Assembly: GCF_004010195.1 (NCBI RefSeq) | Contig: NC_057749.1 | Coordinates: forward strand, 16,165,831 to 16,229,830 | Direction of reading: 5' to 3' | DNA: 64,000 bases | Source: Chiloscyllium plagiosum | Taxonomy: Eukaryota | Shown here: positions 63,270 through 64,000 of the stretch, piece after piece | How the letters are laid out: each line of letters opens with the position of its first letter | Numbering within the stretch: the stretch's first letter is position 1 | Position numbers and translations under genes: made by a program | The notes under the pieces: model-generated | Seen by the model: only the letters and a program-made list of their open reading frames with translations | Told to the model about the DNA's origin: nothing | The model's database searches: none

Positions 63270-63700
63270 GCTAGGAGGAGAGGCTGGATAGGCTTGGGTT
63301 GTTTTATCTGCAGCAGAGATGGTTGGGGGGGGGATTCTGATAGAGGTGTGCAAGATGATGAGAGGCATCGATGGGGGGGGGGGGATATAAAGCAGCTTCT
63401 TCCCTTAGTTGAAGGGCCAATAACAAGGGAGCATAATTTTAAAGTGAAAGGCAGAAAGTTTATAGGGGATTTGAGAAAAAAAAATTGCTTTCACCCAGAG
63501 GGTGTTAGAGGATCTGGAATACACTACCTGGAAAGGGATTTGAGGCAGGAAACATCACAACGTTTAAAAAATACTTGGATGAGCACATGTAATGTTATAA
63601 CATTCAAAGCTGTGGGCCACATGCTGGATTTAGAAATTTTCTTGTCAGTGTAGACTCAATGGGCTGAAGGGCCTTGTTTGGACAGTTCTATGAGTCTACG
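63270..63700 (+). mobile_element. Old CR1 3' end
   Basis: PLVEGPITREHNFKVKG..F.GDLRK; cccagagggtg..tctggaa. Confidence 0.7.
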
Positions 63701-63944
63701 AATGGTCAACTTCATGATTTCTTTGTGATGTTGGTTGCAGGAGGGAATTTTGGTGAGGACTCCAGGAATAGCTTCTAGTCTGTTCAATAACATGGCAGCA
63801 TTTTTAATGCTCACTTGATCAGGCAGACAGGGGCTCAGTCGAACATCTCAGTCTGATTCACAGTGACCGCTGACAATGCAGCACTCCCTCAGGGTAGCTT
63901 CTCAAGTCCTGGTTTAAGATCTCGACCCAAAGGCTTTTAATTCA

Positions 63945-64000
63945 AAGAAAGTGAGGACTGCAGATGCTGGAGTAGCAGAGTTGAAAAATGTGGTGCTGGA
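63945..64000 (-). mobile_element. End of a Penelope pLTR (runs off the window)
   Basis: aaagtgaggactgcagatgctgga..gtggtgctgga, as at 30840 and 55612. Confidence 0.7.

Overview
Eukaryotic (vertebrate) genomic DNA. The repeat complement (HE1-type SINEs, abundant CR1 LINEs, Deu-domain SINEs) points to a shark or other cartilaginous fish. Three host genes are supported. (1) A complete 9-coding-exon mitochondrial creatine kinase (CKMT1-type, + strand, 11887-42127, 417 aa, all introns GT-AG). (2) A class A orphan GPCR with an intronless CDS (- strand, 46475-47695, 406 aa, GPR161/GPR135-like). (3) The last five coding exons of stereocilin (STRC, - strand, 57466-62224; the gene continues beyond the window). 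The CKMT1-STRC tail-to-tail arrangement matches human, but here an extra GPCR sits between them. The rest is mostly decayed retroelements: CR1, L2 and Rex/Babar LINE pieces, a Gypsy element with nested insertions, solo LTRs, SINEs and minisatellites. There are also many Penelope-like elements and fold-back derivatives carrying minimal hammerhead-ribozyme motifs with 12-15 bp target-site duplications (TSDs). Exon coordinates were read to the base. TE boundaries are approximate unless a TSD is quoted. All family assignments come from motif recognition, not database searches.
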